Shown here in pieces: positions 1-9,283 of a stretch of DNA of 64,000 nt. Within the stretch, counting starts at the first letter, position 1, and every line of letters starts with the position of its first letter. Origin of the DNA: Actinomycetota bacterium (GTDB lineage Bacteria > Actinomycetota > Actinomycetes > JBDIAW01); contig JBDIAW010000001.1 in NCBI GenBank assembly GCA_039812585.1, positions 15,547 to 79,546 on the forward strand, given 5' to 3'. Position numbers and translations under genes: made by a program. Under the pieces are notes generated by a model, which did not search any database, was not told where the DNA came from, and worked only from the letters and a program-made list of their open reading frames with translations.

Positions 1-172
1 ATCCGCACCCGCCTGGACTACCTGTGGGCCACTGCCGGGTTAGCCTCCCGCGCCACGCATTACCACGTGCTTCGCACCCCCGACACCGACCAGGCCAGCG
101 ACCACTACCCTCTGGTGGTCGACTTCACTGGGTGAGCAACGACAGGCTTGCCCTGGCGTCTGTCACACCTGG

Positions 173-481
173 TCAGTCCGCATCAGGTTCGGCCAGAAGA
201 TCGACGTAAGGCGGGTGTCGTTTGATCCACATCGCAACGAAGGGGCAGATGGGGTTGACTCGATAGCGACCATGCTTCCGGACGTCATCCAGAGCGTGAC
301 GCACCAGGGTTGAGCCCACGCCCTGGCCTTCAAACTCCGGCAGGACCACAGTGTGCGTGAAGTTGATCACCCTCTCCAGCACTTCATAGTCCAGCCGTCC
401 CACCACCTGCGAACCCTGGTGAGCTTCGTAGCGCAACTGGTAAGGATCGTGGGTCACCACAGGCTCAGTCATAGCAATCAC
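173..481 (-). CDS. Small GNAT-fold N-acetyltransferase (GNAT_acetyltran_2-like, ~100 aa)
   Basis: The 102-aa ORF has the characteristic '...GQGVGSTLVRHALDDVRKHGRYRVNPICPFV' acetyl-CoA-binding core of the mini-GNAT family. Its start overlaps the stop of the downstream ORF by 4 nt (ATGA). Confidence 0.55.
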   Translation of the reverse strand: MIAMTEPVVTHDPYQLRYEAHQGSQVVGRLDYEVLERVINFTHTVVLPEFEGQGVGSTLVRHALDDVRKHGRYRVNPICPFVAMWIKRHPPYVDLLAEPDAD

Positions 482-1548
482 CCTTCCGAGCGGGAGGTGA
501 GGTTGGTGACAGCTGCGGTGGCAGAGCTGGCCAACGCACCAGCTGCCGCAACGAACGAGGCCAAACCGCCGCCCTGACCCCCGGCCCAGTCCGGGTCATG
601 CGGGAGGGGGCCCATAGGGTCACGTTGCTGCGCCGGCGCCTGCTCGTCGGCAGGGGCTAAAGCCCGGCGTATCGATTCCTCCACCCCCAGCAGGTGATAC
701 CCCTCAGGCAGTAGTTCGGTGGTGAAGTCCATGGAGGTCGCCACCATGTCGTGGTGCAGGCTCTCGATCAACGCCTGCACGGTGGCGGAGGGAACATCGG
801 TCAGCGCCCCGGCCAACCACCCCACCACATCGGTGGAAAGCCCCGGCACCACCACCTGGGGGCGGGTCAAATTGGCCACCGTGGCATAGAGCTCCAACAG
901 CTGGGCGTAGGGCAGGCGATCCGGCCCTGCTACATCGGCGTAACTGCTGACCGCCGGTGCCTGCAGAGCACCCACCAAGGCGGCCACCATGTCCACCACA
1001 GCAACCGGCTGCACCTGACTGTTCATCCACCGGGGAATGGTGTGCACCGGCATCCGCTCAGCGATCTGGCGGATGATCTCAAAGCTGGTGGAGCCCGCCC
1101 CCAGGATCACTCCTGCACGCAAGGTGAGCGTGGGCACCCCACTGGAGCTCAACAGACGCTCCACCTCCAACCGGGAGCTCAGGTGAGGGGAGAGATCAGC
1201 CTCCCCCACCGCCGGGATCAGGCCGGAGAGGTACACCAGGCGCCCCACCCCAGCACCCTGGCAAGCTTGGGCCATGATGGAGGCGGCCTGGCGGTCTTTG
1301 GCAGCGAAATCCTGCGAGCTCAGGCTGTGGATCAGGTAGTACACCGCCTCCATGCCGGCCACGGCAGGAGCAACGGTGGGGGCATCCAGCACATCCATGC
1401 CCACCACCTGGCAGCGGGAGGCCCATCCATACCGCGTGGCCCGACTGGGGTCGGTGAAGGCGGCCCGCACCTCGTGTCCGGCGTCGAGCAGTCGGGGGAT
1501 CAGGCGCCCCCCCACATAGCCACTGGCTCCGGTGACCAGAACCCTCAT
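478..1548 (-). CDS. NAD(P)-binding SDR/NmrA-like epimerase/dehydratase family oxidoreductase
   Basis: The N-terminal Rossmann motif 'MRVLVTGASGYVGGRLIPRLL' is present in a 356-aa product with high-GC codon usage. Confidence 0.7.
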   Translation of the reverse strand: MRVLVTGASGYVGGRLIPRLLDAGHEVRAAFTDPSRATRYGWASRCQVVGMDVLDAPTVAPAVAGMEAVYYLIHSLSSQDFAAKDRQAASIMAQACQGAGVGRLVYLSGLIPAVGEADLSPHLSSRLEVERLLSSSGVPTLTLRAGVILGAGSTSFEIIRQIAERMPVHTIPRWMNSQVQPVAVVDMVAALVGALQAPAVSSYADVAGPDRLPYAQLLELYATVANLTRPQVVVPGLSTDVVGWLAGALTDVPSATVQALIESLHHDMVATSMDFTTELLPEGYHLLGVEESIRRALAPADEQAPAQQRDPMGPLPHDPDWAGGQGGGLASFVAAAGALASSATAAVTNLTSRSEG

Positions 1549-2057
1549 CAGCTCAGGTCCAGCTTGGCGTTATCCCCACCGGGGCGCGAGCCGGTCAGCA
1601 ACGACTTGGCTACTCCCAATAGCTGCGCAGGTTTACTGGGGGAATCCCAATACTGGCCGCCGGTCAAGTCCACCCGTAACAAAGCCACGGCGGGGTCTTC
1701 AGGCTCGCACTGGAACCAGGCCTGAGCAAAAGGGTTCCACAACTGCTGTTTTTTGGCCACATCGTGCACAACCTGACCGGTCCCGCTCGCTGAAACCCAG
1801 GTATCTCCATCAACGAAGACCAGATTGACCTGGGGGTATCGGCCTAGCTGATCCAGTTTCGCAGAGTCGGCATAGGTGAGGAACCACACGGTGGAGTCCT
1901 CCCGCTGCTGCACCGCCATCGGCCGGGAGTAGAGGGTGCCCTCATCATCCCTAGTGGTCATCATGCAGGTGCGTTCGCCGTGAACGAGCCGGTGGAAGAT
2001 CTCCACATCATGCTCAGGGCCTTGCGCGGGGTCAGGCTGGCTGCGGTCATCTGTCAT
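1548..2057 (-). CDS. Pyridoxamine 5'-phosphate oxidase-like FMN-binding protein (general stress protein 26 family)
   Basis: The 169-aa ORF has a PNPOx-like split-barrel signature in the region '...WFLTYADSAKLDQLGRYPQVNLVFVD...'. Confidence 0.55.
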   Translation of the reverse strand: MTDDRSQPDPAQGPEHDVEIFHRLVHGERTCMMTTRDDEGTLYSRPMAVQQREDSTVWFLTYADSAKLDQLGRYPQVNLVFVDGDTWVSASGTGQVVHDVAKKQQLWNPFAQAWFQCEPEDPAVALLRVDLTGGQYWDSPSKPAQLLGVAKSLLTGSRPGGDNAKLDLS

Positions 2058-2129
2058 GGGAGCTCCTTGGGGCGAGGGGGCGATCAGGTCAGGGCCAGCC
2101 TAAACCCGGGTGCTGACAAAACCACTGGC

Positions 2130-2771
2130 TCACAGGAGGTGGGGCAGAACATGCAGCATGATCATGCTCCAGGTGAGGTGGGTGAGGATCGGGGCCATAA
2201 CTGTTCCCCGGGTCTGACGTTGCCAGCTCGCCACAGCACCCACTGCTGCCGCAGCGAGGGTCAACATGAGGTTGCCGGTCAGCAGGGTGACCATCAGGTA
2301 CAGCGCGGTTGAGCCTGCCACCTGGTAGCGCTGTGGCAACGCGTTATACAGGGAGCCGCGAAAGAAAAGTTCCTCCGCGATACCCGAAAGCAGGGTGGTA
2401 GCGCTGAGCTGGAGCAACGAGCCGGATTGGGTGAAGCCCAACACGTCGTGCACCTGAGCGGCCCAGGAATCGATGCGCTGGGCCAGGAGTGCCCCAGCGA
2501 GAAAGGGCAACGCCAGCAGCACACCGGCAAGCATGGGGCAGGCAACCTGGCGGCTCCAGCACGTGACCGCCGCTTTGCAGCCCAGACCCGGCCAGCCCGA
2601 CCACCACGCTCCCACGGCCCAGATCAACGCCACTCCCAACGCGGCCAGGGGAAACCACGACGAGCTGTGGTCGAGGCGCAGGCTGGCGTTAAGCCCCGCC
2701 GCACCGGCTGCCACCACCAGCGCGCAGCGCGCCAGGACCTTGCGGGGTGCCTGCTGCGCAGTGGGGTGCAT
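2130..2771 (-). CDS. CPBP (CAAX protease/Abi) family intramembrane metalloprotease
   Basis: A polytopic membrane protein with the EExxxR motif ('AEELFFRGSLYNAL') and downstream His-containing helices typical of the CPBP family. Confidence 0.6.
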   Translation of the reverse strand: MHPTAQQAPRKVLARCALVVAAGAAGLNASLRLDHSSSWFPLAALGVALIWAVGAWWSGWPGLGCKAAVTCWSRQVACPMLAGVLLALPFLAGALLAQRIDSWAAQVHDVLGFTQSGSLLQLSATTLLSGIAEELFFRGSLYNALPQRYQVAGSTALYLMVTLLTGNLMLTLAAAAVGAVASWQRQTRGTVMAPILTHLTWSMIMLHVLPHLL

Positions 2772-2824
2772 CCCCCCACGCTAATGCCTTGCTGATGACC
2801 ACCGGCATAGGAGCGAAGCGAGGG

Positions 2825-3538
2825 TTAGACCTGCTCCAACTTCTCCTTCTCACGGGCCGCTAGCCGGGCGCGGGCATCGGCCAACGCGGCCAGGCTCTCG
2901 TGGATCTGCTGGAAAGGCTTACGGTGACACTGCTGATCGAACAGCTCCCCCTCGGCCTCCATCACGCGCAAGCGCGCGTAGTACAACGTGTCCTCGGCCA
3001 AGTGCGCCATGACCACCATGCCCGTCATTAACGGGTGGTTCATGGTGATGTTTTGCCCCCGCTCGCGCCCATGCTCCAACTCGACCGCCAGGGCATAGGC
3101 GAATTCGTCCACATGTCCCAGAGTGGGCTCTCCTTGGAACTGCTTGGGCGTTTGCAGAAAGTCATTAAGCACCTCTGGCGCCGGCTTGCCATGGTTCTTC
3201 GGCTTGAGATGGCCATCGCGGATCAGCGCGGCTAGCAACCCCAGCACCTTGTCAGCCTCACCAGTGGGCACCACGTTAATCCCGAAGGAATCAGCGGGAG
3301 CAATCTCGTCCAATGTCAGTTTTCCCCAGTTGCGGCGAATCCCCAGCGAAGTGCAAAACCTGCCCACTGCTTCCAGGCTCAGGAAGTCGAATTGCACGGC
3401 TTGACCTTTGGTGAACGCGGAGATGGTACGGACCACAGAGTGAGCCAGCACATCAGCATCTGCTGCCTGCTCCACTGCCCGCTGCAGGGATAGCTCCTTG
3501 CGGGTACCGGTGGGTTTTTTCGGAGTGCTGGTTGCCAT
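2825..3538 (-). CDS. Conserved hypothetical protein (237 aa, basic N-terminus, coiled-coil C-terminus)
   Basis: A long ORF with good codon bias on the same strand as its neighbours. I recognised no domain. Confidence 0.45.
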   Translation of the reverse strand: MATSTPKKPTGTRKELSLQRAVEQAADADVLAHSVVRTISAFTKGQAVQFDFLSLEAVGRFCTSLGIRRNWGKLTLDEIAPADSFGINVVPTGEADKVLGLLAALIRDGHLKPKNHGKPAPEVLNDFLQTPKQFQGEPTLGHVDEFAYALAVELEHGRERGQNITMNHPLMTGMVVMAHLAEDTLYYARLRVMEAEGELFDQQCHRKPFQQIHESLAALADARARLAAREKEKLEQV

Positions 3539-3742
3539 GACTCCCCCTTAAGGGTGCTTGTAGGTATCTCTTAGTGTGACAGTCTTATTCTGCGGGTGAT
3601 GCAAGGCTCCAGCAGTCACGAGGTCATACTCCCCTTCTCTTGACCCCTGCTTGTCCTTTTCCTTGGCGAAAGGCCTCAGCGTGGAAACTATGACCTGCCC
3701 TCACCAGAGCAACACGACGACCTTCGCCAGCTTGCCGCAACC

Positions 3743-4957
3743 GTGAAATCCTCACCCTCCAGGTGGTCACCGTGGCGTGTGGTGGCGATGTTCGGCCTCA
3801 CCAGCCTGGCCGCCGACCTGGTCTACGAGGGAGCCCGTTCGGTGTACGGGCCGCTGCTGGCCAGCGTGGGAGCCTCCGCTGTGGCGGTAGGAGCAGTGAC
3901 CGGCCTAGGTGAAGCTGCCGCCTTGGCGCTGCGCCTGCTGTTCGGCCCTTGGGCCGACCGCACTGGGCGTTACTGGGCGCTGACCATCGCCGGCTACACC
4001 CTGACCGTGGTGTCGGTGCCGCTGCTGGCGCTCACCCCTTTCCTCGGTGCGGCGGGGTTGACGGTCGCGGCCGGGCTCATCCTGCTCGAGCGCACGGGCA
4101 AGGCAATACGCTCCCCAGCTAAGTCGGCGTTGTTGGCGCAGGTGGCCCAGCAGGTGGGCCGGGGTCGCGGCTTTGGTGTGCACAAAGCGTTGGACCAGCT
4201 GGGAGCCTTCGCCGGTCCTCTGCTGGTTGCTGCCGTTGTCGCCCTCACCGGAGCGCTGTGGACCGGGCTGGCCGTGCTTGCCCTACCCGGCATGGTCGCC
4301 GTGGTGGTGCTGTTGGCCACCCGCGCCCACGCTCCGGCCCCTCCCGCCGCCGCTGGGCCGGGCCGCTCCTGGTGGGCGCAGGTGGCTGGGGCTGACCTGC
4401 CCCGGGCGTTCTTCTGGTTCGCGGCTGCGGCAGGATTGATGACCGGTGCTCTGGTGACCTTCGGGCTGATCGGCTACCACCTGGTGGTGGCCGGATTAGC
4501 CTCCCCGGCGGTGGTGCCCGTGGTGTACTCCGCCGGGATGTTGGCCGAAGCAGTGGCCGCCCTGGCCGTAGGGTGGCTCTACGACCGGATAGGCCCGCGC
4601 GTGCTTTTTGTGGTGCCCGTGTTGGTGGCCCTGGTCCCCGGCCTGGCTTTGGGCGGTGCGCTGTGGGTGGTGCTGCTGGGGGTCTTGGTGTGGGGTTTGG
4701 CGTTCGGGTTGCAAGACTCCACCATCAAAGCCTTAGTTGCCGACCTGGTGGTGGCACAGCGGCGCGCCACCGCCTACGGAGTCTTCGCCGCCATCCAGGC
4801 AGCTGCGGCCCTCACCGGAGGGATCCTCGCCGGCTGGCTCTACGCACGCTGGCTGCCCGCGCTGGTGATCACCGTCGCCATCAGCCAAGTGGTTGCCGCT
4901 GCTCTGCTGGCCAAGGCCCTGCGAGAGGGCAGCCAATCTGCGGATCGTGGGAATTGA
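3743..4957 (+). CDS. MFS transporter
   Basis: The 404-aa product has ~12 predicted TM helices and an MFS-like loop 'GRGRGFGVHKALDQLGAFAGP'. It uses a GTG start. Confidence 0.7.
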   Translation: MKSSPSRWSPWRVVAMFGLTSLAADLVYEGARSVYGPLLASVGASAVAVGAVTGLGEAAALALRLLFGPWADRTGRYWALTIAGYTLTVVSVPLLALTPFLGAAGLTVAAGLILLERTGKAIRSPAKSALLAQVAQQVGRGRGFGVHKALDQLGAFAGPLLVAAVVALTGALWTGLAVLALPGMVAVVVLLATRAHAPAPPAAAGPGRSWWAQVAGADLPRAFFWFAAAAGLMTGALVTFGLIGYHLVVAGLASPAVVPVVYSAGMLAEAVAALAVGWLYDRIGPRVLFVVPVLVALVPGLALGGALWVVLLGVLVWGLAFGLQDSTIKALVADLVVAQRRATAYGVFAAIQAAAALTGGILAGWLYARWLPALVITVAISQVVAAALLAKALREGSQSADRGN

Positions 4958-5018
4958 GTTTCCACATTCCCTGCCTTTTTGGGAGTTGCAGGATCGATCA
5001 TCTTACCTATGGTTAAAA

Positions 5019-6146
5019 TTAAAGCGAAAAGTAGGGAGATTCCATATAGTCATCCAAGCATTTCATCCATAAAACACTTGCTTTACGTCCCCACATTGCC
5101 TCGACTCTACTCGTGACTTTTTGGTCTGGATTAACTATAATCATTTCTTTTCTAAACTTCGAGAATTCGATTACTTCATCCATAAAAACTTTAAAATGCT
5201 GGTCACCACTAGGAAATGAGTACCCTATAAATACAATGCGATCGGATTGCTCAAGTGCAACTTTTGCCTTCCCCCAAATCGTTGCAAATGGCTGGTCATT
5301 AAATTTTTTAATCTGAGATGGTGCGATAAGTAAGGGGAGATATCTCGAGCATCTTTTGTAGGTAGTGGTTAAACTCCCGCCAACTAGTCTTCGATACCCG
5401 GTGTCATCGATAAGCAAGCCACGTGAACCATCTTCCCATTCAACATTAAACCAAGTAATACAGCCATGCAACTTTAATACCTCTACTGTAGTTTCGTCAT
5501 TGCAAAAATATGAGTAATAATCTTTGCGGCTAAAGTACGGAAGGGGTCCAGAGCATTCAATCAGAGCAATGTCATCGAACTCAAATCCATAACAACACTG
5601 CCTTTTCCAGCGATAAATTGCAGGAGGTAGTGTCAGTCTGAACTTGTCAGGATGGTGCTTGTATAAATCAATATAGGGTTCTTCGTAGCATTTTATCCGA
5701 GTAGACAGCTGGGACTCTATGAGCCTTTCAAGTACGGTATCGTAATTGAAAGTAATCACTGGTTCATTCGAACGAATGATAGACTGGGCTAAACGACTCG
5801 CATTACTATCTTCGGTGATGTTTATTCTCCCAACCAATTGTCCTAAAAGATGGACTGCTTGGAGAAAGATCTGATATTCTTCTGGATTATAACCGAAGCT
5901 TGTGGGATCAGATGGCATATCTAGCCCAGTAAAAAATTTTTCTAGGTTTAAAGTTTTCCCTTTAAGTAGATCTCTATAACTAATGTTCCATTTATTGCTA
6001 ATATACTGATCGAGTCCAGATCCTTCAAATTCTGGGTTTTCTTTGACCACATAATTGAAAAAATTGTCCGAAACGAATGCTTCGATGTACTGCTCATGAG
6101 GGTGTTTACGAAATGCCTTATTAAAACCAGCGCCCAGTACGTACAT
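5019..6146 (-). CDS. SIR2_2-family (ThsA/DSR-like sirtuin) NADase-domain protein, stand-alone, ~375 aa
   Basis: Three SIR2_2 motifs occur in order: 'YVLGAGFNKAF' (GAG nucleotide-binding loop), 'VITFNYDTVLE' (TNYD motif) and 'KLHGCITWF' (catalytic HG), plus 'RIVFIGYSFPSGDQHF' (the VGFSF motif of ThsA). The gene is ~37% GC in a ~67% GC genome. The ATG at 6146 lies 2 nt after the dnaB stop. The longer tracked ORF (to 6470) overlaps dnaB and is not believed. Confidence 0.6.
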   Translation of the reverse strand: MYVLGAGFNKAFRKHPHEQYIEAFVSDNFFNYVVKENPEFEGSGLDQYISNKWNISYRDLLKGKTLNLEKFFTGLDMPSDPTSFGYNPEEYQIFLQAVHLLGQLVGRINITEDSNASRLAQSIIRSNEPVITFNYDTVLERLIESQLSTRIKCYEEPYIDLYKHHPDKFRLTLPPAIYRWKRQCCYGFEFDDIALIECSGPLPYFSRKDYYSYFCNDETTVEVLKLHGCITWFNVEWEDGSRGLLIDDTGYRRLVGGSLTTTYKRCSRYLPLLIAPSQIKKFNDQPFATIWGKAKVALEQSDRIVFIGYSFPSGDQHFKVFMDEVIEFSKFRKEMIIVNPDQKVTSRVEAMWGRKASVLWMKCLDDYMESPYFSL

Positions 6147-6147
6147 C

Positions 6148-7560
6148 TTACATCCCTGCGGCCATATCGACGAAGCGGGAGTAGTGGCCTTGGAAAGCAA
6201 CGGTGATGGTGTCGGTGGGGCCGTTGCGTTGCTTGGCAACGATGAAGTCCGCCTCCCCGGCCCGGGGTGATTCTCGGTCGTAAACATCTTCGCGGTGCAG
6301 CAGAATGACCACGTCAGAGTCCTGCTCGATACTGCCCGATTCGCGCAGGTCAGAAAGCATAGGTTTCTTATCGGCGCGCTGTTCGCTGGAGCGGTTGAGT
6401 TGGGAGAGCGCCACGACGGGGACGTCAAGCTCCTTAGCCAGCAGCTTGAGCGAACGGGAGAACTCGGCAACCTCTTGTTGGCGTGATTCCACCCGCTTTC
6501 CGCTGCTCATCAACTGCAGGTAGTCGATAATCACCAGCTTGAGGTCGTGGCGCTGCTTGAGCCTGCGGCATTTGGCGCGAATCTCCATCAGCGACATGTT
6601 GGGGGAGTCGTCGATGAACAGCGGCGCGTTGGATACCTCCCCCATGCGCTTGGCCAGCTTGTTCCAGTCTTCATCGGTCATCGTGCCCGCACGCATGTGT
6701 TGCAGCGGCACTTTGGCCTCAGCCGACAGCAAACGCATAGTGATCTCATTGCGGCCCATTTCCAAGCTGAACACACAGGTAGGCAAGTTGTTTTTCACCG
6801 CAGCGCATCGGGCAATATCCAAGGCCAGGGTGGATTTACCCATCGATGGGCGGGCGGCTATAACGACCATCTGGCCCGGATGCAAACCGTTGGTCAGCTT
6901 GTCTAAGTCGGCAAAACCGGTAGGCACTCCGGTCATCGCCCCACCCCGGGAGCCGATGGCCTCCAGCTCGTCGAGCGCACCTTCCATGATGGCTGACAGG
7001 GGCTGGTAGTCCTCGCTGTTGCGTTGCTCAGTGACCGCATACATCACCGACTGGGCGGCATCCACCAGGTCGGTAGCCTCCGCCCCATCGGCGGAGTACC
7101 CCATCTGCACGATGCGGGTGCCAGCGTCCACCAGTCGGCGCAGCAGAGCCCTCTCACTGACAATGCGGGCGTAGTACTCCGCGTTGGCCGCTGTGGGCAC
7201 CATGGAGATCAACGTGTGCAGATAAGCTGCGCCGCCGATGCGGTTGAGTTCTCCACGCTTGGTCAGCTCGGCACTGACGGTGATGGGGTCCGCCGGTTGG
7301 CCTCGAGCGTAAAGATCAGTGATGATCTCGAAGATCAGCTCGTGGGCTGGGATGTAAAAGTCGCTGGAGTGCGTGACCTGCACGACGTCGGCGATGGCGT
7401 CCTTACTCATCAGCATGCCACCCAGCGCGGACTGCTCCGCGCCCACATCTTGGGGCGGAGTGCGGTCATAGGAGGGGCCCTGCTGACTGGAGGTGCCACT
7501 GTCGTTGGAGTGTTGCGGCCGTTGCGGCAAAGAAGTGACCGACATGGGCTGCCTTTCCAC
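6148..7560 (-). CDS. dnaB: Replicative DNA helicase DnaB
   Basis: A full-length 470-aa product with Walker A 'GARPSMGKST', the DnaB N-terminal domain and conserved rplI-dnaB synteny. No intein is present. Confidence 0.95.
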   Translation of the reverse strand: MERQPMSVTSLPQRPQHSNDSGTSSQQGPSYDRTPPQDVGAEQSALGGMLMSKDAIADVVQVTHSSDFYIPAHELIFEIITDLYARGQPADPITVSAELTKRGELNRIGGAAYLHTLISMVPTAANAEYYARIVSERALLRRLVDAGTRIVQMGYSADGAEATDLVDAAQSVMYAVTEQRNSEDYQPLSAIMEGALDELEAIGSRGGAMTGVPTGFADLDKLTNGLHPGQMVVIAARPSMGKSTLALDIARCAAVKNNLPTCVFSLEMGRNEITMRLLSAEAKVPLQHMRAGTMTDEDWNKLAKRMGEVSNAPLFIDDSPNMSLMEIRAKCRRLKQRHDLKLVIIDYLQLMSSGKRVESRQQEVAEFSRSLKLLAKELDVPVVALSQLNRSSEQRADKKPMLSDLRESGSIEQDSDVVILLHREDVYDRESPRAGEADFIVAKQRNGPTDTITVAFQGHYSRFVDMAAGM

Positions 7561-7924
7561 AGGAGGTGTTGTACTGGCAGCACCACCGCAGACATGGTGC
7601 CCCTACTGCTGAGTTTTAACACCTGCCACTGACAATGGTGCTGCCCGGTGCATGGGTGAGGGCGTCACCGTAAAGGGTGGCAGCCTCTCCGACAATTCAG
7701 CCTGTGGACAAGCTGGGGGTAACGGTGGATAACCGGTGGAAAAACTACGGCGTGTTGTGCACAGCCTGGGGAAAACCCTGGGGACAGCAACGGTAAGTTT
7801 GCCAATTTTCTTTAAGCAGCAAGAGGTATTTATACACAGCCTGATGAGAAAAAATGGCTTCACCCCTGCGTGCCAATGTCAGCTATTAAGGCTTAAATAC
7901 ACCTGACACTGCCCGGTGAGGAGC

Positions 7925-7970
7925 CCTTAAAAGCCACTGGCCTGCAGAGCAGGAGCTCCACAGGCCAGTG
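7925..7970 (-). terminator. Putative intrinsic terminator/attenuator hairpin downstream of rplI
   Basis: A 10-bp inverted repeat (cactggcctg ... caggccagtg) with a 16-nt loop is followed on the minus strand by a U-rich 'cuuuuaag'. It lies between the rplI stop and the dnaB promoter region. Confidence 0.4.
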
Positions 7971-7987
7971 ATCCAACACTTACGCAG

Positions 7988-8443
7988 TTAGACCTTTTTT
8001 GCCGCACTCACCTCGATCACCAGCGAGGTGGTCACCTCGGGGTGCAGGCGCACACTCACCTCGTGGCGCCCGAGCGTTTTAATGTGATCTGGCAGTATGA
8101 CTTGGCGTTTGTCGATGGCGGCCCCCAAGGTGTCATTGATGGCCTGAGCCACATCGGCTCCAGTAACCGAGCCAAACAGCCGCCCTTCACCACCAGCGCG
8201 CATGGTGATAGTCACCGTGCGGCCCTGCAGTTGGCTGGCCATCTCAGTAGCCTGCTCGCGGTTACGAATCTGGCGAGCCTTACGGGAACGGTGCAGATCC
8301 GCGACCTGCTTTTCCGCACCACGGGTCCAGCGCATCGCCAACCCGCGCGGCACGAGATAGTTACGAGCGTAACCGTCTTTGACGGTCACCACTTCGCCCG
8401 AGTCGCCCAGGCGCTCCACATCGTGGGTAAGAATTAGTTTCAT
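7988..8443 (-). CDS. rplI: 50S ribosomal protein L9
   Basis: 'MKLILTHDVERLGDSGEVVTVKDGYARNYL' is the canonical L9 N-terminus. Confidence 0.95.
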   Translation of the reverse strand: MKLILTHDVERLGDSGEVVTVKDGYARNYLVPRGLAMRWTRGAEKQVADLHRSRKARQIRNREQATEMASQLQGRTVTITMRAGGEGRLFGSVTGADVAQAINDTLGAAIDKRQVILPDHIKTLGRHEVSVRLHPEVTTSLVIEVSAAKKV

Positions 8444-8477
8444 CGTTACTCTCCTTGACCTACGTCGGCGGGCCGGG

Positions 8478-8720
8478 TTAGTGGGCGGACCCGGTGTAGG
8501 ACAGCAGCGCCATTTCGCGGCTGTTCTTCACGGCTTGAGCAATGTCTTTCTGATGCTGCGTGCAGTTGCCCGTCACCCGGCGAGCGCGAATCTTGCCCCG
8601 ATCGGAGATGAATTTGCGCAGCAGCCCAGTGTTTTTGTAGTCGATCGGTTCGCCGGACTTGCAGAACTGACACGGCTTGGTGCTGCGCACCAAGGGTTTG
8701 GGGGGTTGTTTGTTAGCCAT
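8478..8720 (-). CDS. rpsR: 30S ribosomal protein S18
   Basis: The 80-aa product has the S18 signature '...CQFCK...IDYKN...LRKFIS'. Confidence 0.95.
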   Translation of the reverse strand: MANKQPPKPLVRSTKPCQFCKSGEPIDYKNTGLLRKFISDRGKIRARRVTGNCTQHQKDIAQAVKNSREMALLSYTGSAH

Positions 8721-8749
8721 GGAAATCCTCGTTTCAGATCAGTTGCTCA

Positions 8750-9244
8750 TTAAAAGGGGGGTTCATCGTAGGAGGGTGAGGCAGCGGCACCCACTCCAGC
8801 TCCAGCCGGGCTAGGAGCAGGAGTAGCGCTAGCCCAAGGGTCGTCCATCGCGCGGTTCCCCTCGCCGGCACTGCTGCGGCCAGTCTTATTGACCTTGGCG
8901 GTGGCGTTGCGCAGGCTGGGGCCGACATCGTCGACTTCCATCTCGAAAACGGTGCGTTTCTCGCCTTCCTTCGTTTCGTAGGAGCGCTGCTTGAGTCGAC
9001 CGGTCACGATGACGCGAGTACCACGTTGCAGCGATTCAGCCACATTTTCGGCGGATTGGCGCCACACGTTACAGGTGAGAAACAGGCTGTCGCCGTCTTT
9101 CCACTCGTTGGTCTGGCGGTCCAGGTAGCGCGGGGTGGAAGCCACGCGGAACTTGGCCACTGCCTGACCAGTGGAGGTGAAACGCAGTTCGGGATCGTCG
9201 ACCAGATTGCCGACCAGAGTGAGGGAGGTGTCACCGGCTGCCAT
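8750..9244 (-). CDS. ssb: Single-stranded DNA-binding protein
   Basis: An OB-fold N-terminus '[27 protein letters not shown]', a Gly/Ala-rich linker and an acidic C-terminal tip '...DEPPF'. Confidence 0.95.
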   Translation of the reverse strand: MAAGDTSLTLVGNLVDDPELRFTSTGQAVAKFRVASTPRYLDRQTNEWKDGDSLFLTCNVWRQSAENVAESLQRGTRVIVTGRLKQRSYETKEGEKRTVFEMEVDDVGPSLRNATAKVNKTGRSSAGEGNRAMDDPWASATPAPSPAGAGVGAAASPSYDEPPF

Positions 9245-9283
9245 AGTGATGTCCTTTGGTGAGAGGGGCGGGCATGACCAGCA

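Noticed and set aside
751-1725. 324-aa ORF on + strand (plus 704-1030, 1196-1426 on the minus strand in another frame)
   Set aside because: It is antisense to, or overlaps, the well-supported SDR/epimerase gene. Its composition is Gly/Pro/His-rich and typical of spurious open frames in high-GC DNA.
5113-5316. 67-aa ORF on the + strand inside the AT-rich islet
   Set aside because: It lies wholly inside the SIR2-like CDS on the opposite strand and has no RBS. AT-rich DNA gives short open frames by chance.
6148-6470. N-terminal 108-codon extension of the SIR2-like ORF (tracked ORF 5019..6470)
   Set aside because: It overlaps the dnaB coding sequence in another frame, is high-GC unlike the rest of the gene, and shows no SIR2 similarity. 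The ATG at 6146 with the MYVLGAG motif directly after it is the plausible start.
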